This document shows positions 60,776 through 64,000 of a stretch of DNA of 64,000 nucleotides, piece after piece. How positions within the stretch are numbered: position 1 is the first letter of the stretch; every line of letters starts with the position of its first letter. Position numbers and translations under genes: made by a program. Source of the stretch: an uncultured Phycisphaerales bacterium (GTDB lineage: Bacteria; Planctomycetota; Phycisphaerae; Phycisphaerales; SM1A02); NCBI GenBank assembly GCA_938084645.1, contig CALKEP010000010.1:1-64000 (forward strand), written 5' to 3'. The notes beneath the pieces are model-generated. The model had not been told where the DNA came from. It made no database searches and saw only the letters and a list, made by a program, of their open reading frames with translations.

Positions 60776-62898
60776 CAGCGATTCCAGAAGGAGTTCCACT
60801 GCTCGATCACCGGCGCCTGGTCGGTGTCGACCTTGATCGACTCGTCACGTCGCTGGTCGATCTTGAATCCGCTCTGCCGCAGGAACTGGGCGAAGCCGCG
60901 AATTCGCGCGACCTCGGCCGCGGTCAACGCCGCGTCCCGCTTCAGGCCTTCGAAGATCGCGGCGTTCTCGACCCATCGACGACGCTCCTCGTCATCGAGC
61001 CGGAGCCCGACCGAGATCCGCTGCGGCGCGGACTCCGTGCCTTGCAGGACCATGATCGAGCGACTCCAGGCTTCGGCGCCGTTCCGGGTGATGGTCATTC
61101 GATGCGGGCCGCGTTCCGCGGCGATGGCGCACGGCGTGGTGCAGACCACGAATCCGTCCATCGCCACCTCCGCACCCCCGACCAGGACCGGCAGGTCCGT
61201 TCCCGTGATCCGCCAGCCGTCTTCCCCGTCGGGAACGATCTCGGGAACGCTGAGGCCTTCGATCACGACGTCGACCTTCAGGAATCCGAGATCGGGCCCC
61301 GCCGCGTCGGCGGCACCGATCAGGGCCCCGGCATCCGCCCGCAACTGCGTCGCGATCGTGCGGGACGCGTCGGTGTACAGGCGGCCGGCGAGATCCTCAT
61401 CGATCTCGACCCGCGCGGCACCGCCGCCTTCGGAGGCCATCGAACCCGCGCGGATCGTGAAGTAGTCACCCGCCTCGGCCGCACCGTTGGCACCCGAGAG
61501 GAGCCGCCAACCACCCCGGAGCACCGTCTCCCGCATGCTGGTTCGCTGGCCGTTGACCTCGACGCGACGAAGCTGTCGATCCATGGTCGCGAGATCGACG
61601 ACCATCACCGAGCGGGCTCCGACTGCAGTGGCCATGCGGACGATGGAGGCATCGGACTCGATGGCCGCGTCGGCCTCGCCGGGCCGGATCGCTTCCACCA
61701 GATCCGCGGGGCGGATCGCCGCCACGCCCTCCGCGGCGAGCGCGCCGCCGATGTTGGCCGCCAGGGCCGTCGCGGCACCGGCGGGAAGGCCATCGACGGT
61801 ACTTCGCACCACGATCGCGATGGGTCCCAGCGAGGCGAGTCCCTTGGACGCGTCCGATCCGCGGATCACACCGCCGGAGGCACGTTCGTCCGACGTCCCG
61901 GTCGCAGGGCGCGGTGTCGCGGCGGCGTAGTTCGCGGGTGGCGACCAACCCGCGGGGGCGGGACGGACGACGTCTCCCTTCCCGGCATCTCCCGCGGTGA
62001 GGCGAGCCCGGGAGAACCGCGGACCGACGTTCGACACCACGACGGATCCACGTTCCGTCTCGTCGTATCCGAGCGTCTCGCCGGTGTCCGGATCGACCAG
62101 CGGCTCCCCTCGTGAGGAGATGATCCAGGTCGAGCCGGCCTCGACGCAGCCGCCATCCCCGCGATTGAACGTGACCACGCCGTTGCCGACCGCCAGCACG
62201 CTCGCCGGGTAGGCGGTGTCGAGGACGCGACACGTGACCATCGCGGACGCTTCGGCGGCCAGTTCGGCCAGGAGTCGATTCGTGGCGTCCCCGCCGGCCG
62301 GCATCGCGCGGTCGTTCTCGTCCGCGGTGTCTGATCGCTCGAGTGCGACCGTCGCGGTCTCGCCCACCACCCCCGTGGTGGTGTCGAGGATCTCCACCGA
62401 GAGTCCCAGTCGGATCGTCCGGCGTTCGACCGTGCGGTCGAGGCCCTCGAATCGACGGGTCCTCGTCATGTCCTCGAAGTCGACGATGCGAGGCACGGCG
62501 AGCCAGCGGACCCCGGCGACCCGCAGCGAGCGAGCGGTCGACGGATCGTCCGCGTCGATGAACCCCGAGGCGGCCAGGCTCTGCTCGGCCAGCACGGTGT
62601 CGAGCCGTGAACGGGTCACCATCGTGAACTTTCGAGTCGCGGCGAGATCGGTCGCGAGCCGGGCTTCGATCCCTTCCTGAAGGCGGGCGAGCGCGACGGC
62701 GTTCCCTTCCGCCTCTGCGGCGATCTCGGTCGCCGCCGCGATGTCGACCGATCCGACGGCGAGGGAGTCCGGTCGGTCCGCCCCGCCGCTTCCGAGGCCG
62801 GTCTGGGCGGTGGCGACGGAGAAGGTCGCCGCCACGAACGAGGAAATCAAAAGGCGCGACCGGCCAAGGCGGGTCCCGACGAGGGCGTGAGTCGACAT
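60772..62898 (-). CDS. Secreted CsgG/TolB-N-like + FlgT-C-like + PEGA-like multidomain protein
   Basis: Signal peptide; KFTMVTRSRLDTVLAEQ; FNRG...GEPLVDPDTGETLG; AEVAMDGFVVCTTP. Confidence 0.65.
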   Translation of the reverse strand: MSTHALVGTRLGRSRLLISSFVAATFSVATAQTGLGSGGADRPDSLAVGSVDIAAATEIAAEAEGNAVALARLQEGIEARLATDLAATRKFTMVTRSRLDTVLAEQSLAASGFIDADDPSTARSLRVAGVRWLAVPRIVDFEDMTRTRRFEGLDRTVERRTIRLGLSVEILDTTTGVVGETATVALERSDTADENDRAMPAGGDATNRLLAELAAEASAMVTCRVLDTAYPASVLAVGNGVVTFNRGDGGCVEAGSTWIISSRGEPLVDPDTGETLGYDETERGSVVVSNVGPRFSRARLTAGDAGKGDVVRPAPAGWSPPANYAAATPRPATGTSDERASGGVIRGSDASKGLASLGPIAIVVRSTVDGLPAGAATALAANIGGALAAEGVAAIRPADLVEAIRPGEADAAIESDASIVRMATAVGARSVMVVDLATMDRQLRRVEVNGQRTSMRETVLRGGWRLLSGANGAAEAGDYFTIRAGSMASEGGGAARVEIDEDLAGRLYTDASRTIATQLRADAGALIGAADAAGPDLGFLKVDVVIEGLSVPEIVPDGEDGWRITGTDLPVLVGGAEVAMDGFVVCTTPCAIAAERGPHRMTITRNGAEAWSRSIMVLQGTESAPQRISVGLRLDDEERRRWVENAAIFEGLKRDAALTAAEVARIRGFAQFLRQSGFKIDQRRDESIKVDTDQAPVIEQWNSFWNRW

Positions 62899-62984
62899 GA
62901 GGGGCTCCAGAAGTGCCGGTCGAGGGGAGCACCGGCTACGGCATGTTGGACGTCCGACGACGCCGGGTCAACCATTCGTCCGTA

Positions 62985-62990
62985 TATACT
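62985..62990 (+). promoter_or_regulatory. Candidate -10 element for ffh
   Basis: TATACT in the divergent intergenic gap; no clear -35. Confidence 0.45.
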
Positions 62991-63032
62991 CGTCGGTTCG
63001 CCTCGATCGAGGCCGATCGTTTCTTCCATCCC

Positions 63033-63082
63033 GCTCCGCCACCAGCTCCGCCACCCGCTTCCGCCACCTGCTTCCGCCACCC
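63033..63082 (+). repeat. Four tandem copies of GC(T)TCCGCCACCN
   Basis: GCTCCGCCACCA GCTCCGCCACCC GCTTCCGCCACCT GCTTCCGCCACCC read directly. Confidence 0.9.
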
Positions 63083-63098
63083 CCCCCGCGACACATCG

Positions 63099-64000
63099 AT
63101 GCTCGACGCTCTTTCCGACCGATTCAACGCCGCGTTCCGCGGGCTCTCCGGACGTGGCCGAATCTCCGAAGCCAACGTTCGAGAGGCGATGCAGGAGGTC
63201 CGGACCGCGCTCCTCGAAGCGGATGTCCACCTCGATGTGGTGAAATCCTTCTGCAAGGACGTCATCGATGACGCGGTCGGTGCCGAGGTCATCCAGAGCC
63301 TCAAGCCGGGACAGCAGATGATCGAGATCGTCAACCGGCGACTCGTGGACCTGATGGGCCCCGTCGATTCGCATCTGATGCTCGTGGAACCGGGCCCGAC
63401 CGTCTTCATGATGTGCGGGCTCCAGGGCAGTGGAAAGACCACCACCTGCGGCAAGCTCGCGGCGCTGCTCAAGAAACGGGGCAAGCGGGTCCTCGTCGTG
63501 GCGGCCGACCTGCAGCGCCCCGCGGCGGTCGAGCAGCTCCGAATCACCGTCGAAGGCGTCGAGGCCTCGGCCCCGGGCTCGGGCGAGGTCGCCTTTCACG
63601 GGGAGCCGGAGAAGTGCGATGAATACGGCAAGGCGGTCGGCGCTGCGGTGGGCGTGTGCCGGCGCGGGGTCGAACGCGGACGGAAGGAGAAGTACGACGC
63701 GGTGATCCTGGACACCGCCGGCCGACTCCACGTGAACGACGAGCTGATGAAGGAGCTCGAAGCGGTCAACCGGACCCTCACCCCCCACCAGGTTCTGCTC
63801 GTCGTGGATGCGATGACCGGTCAGGACGCGGTGAACAGCGCCAAGGCGTTCCACGAACGACTCGCGGTCGACGGGGTCATCCTCACCAAGTTCGACTCCG
63901 ACACCCGCGGCGGCGCCGCGCTCTCGGTCAAGCATGTCACCGGGGCGCCGATCAAGTTCATCGGCATCGGTGAGAAGTTCGACGCGCTCGAGGAGTTCCA
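63099..64000 (+). CDS. ffh: Signal recognition particle protein Ffh (5' part, runs off window)
   Basis: Not in ORF track. MLDALSDRF...ALLEADV, GLQGSGKTTT, ADLQRPAAVEQL, DTAGRL, DAMTGQDA, TKFDSDTRGGAALS. Confidence 0.96.
   Translation, partial: MLDALSDRFNAAFRGLSGRGRISEANVREAMQEVRTALLEADVHLDVVKSFCKDVIDDAVGAEVIQSLKPGQQMIEIVNRRLVDLMGPVDSHLMLVEPGPTVFMMCGLQGSGKTTTCGKLAALLKKRGKRVLVVAADLQRPAAVEQLRITVEGVEASAPGSGEVAFHGEPEKCDEYGKAVGAAVGVCRRGVERGRKEKYDAVILDTAGRLHVNDELMKELEAVNRTLTPHQVLLVVDAMTGQDAVNSAKAFHERLAVDGVILTKFDSDTRGGAALSVKHVTGAPIKFIGIGEKFDALEEF

Noticed and set aside
63033..63082. Repeat as a CRISPR array or a GGGS-linker coding sequence
   Set aside because: No spacers or cas genes; unit lengths break the reading frame

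Overview
High-GC chromosomal region with planctomycete marker genes (PSCyt/DUF1549-DUF1553 plus DUF1501, very long SecA, non-flagellar FlgI-like lipoprotein). A Phycisphaerae-type lineage is inferred. About 47 CDS and 2 tRNAs (Ile2-CAT, Lys-CTT). I see no integrase, transposase, prophage or CRISPR array. The region is rich in protein export and envelope genes (secA, tgt-yajC-secDF, ffh, pilD, mlaFD, OmpA, LpoB/YcfL cluster) and in DNA maintenance genes (smc, xseAB, recG, polX). The most interesting signals concern Sec biology. (1) The gene right after secDF encodes a membrane anchor, a second copy of the SecD P1-head domain and two LysM domains. (2) A hydrophobic uORF ending in NLPPP lies just upstream of secA and looks like a SecM-type arrest peptide. 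(3) A rhomboid and a catalytically degenerate site-2 protease share a C-terminal domain in the secDF operon. (4) A Zrg-like metal ABC system with a LysM-DUF3299 fusion is followed by an inactive/active M14 peptidase pair. All family calls come from motifs recognised by eye; no database search was run.
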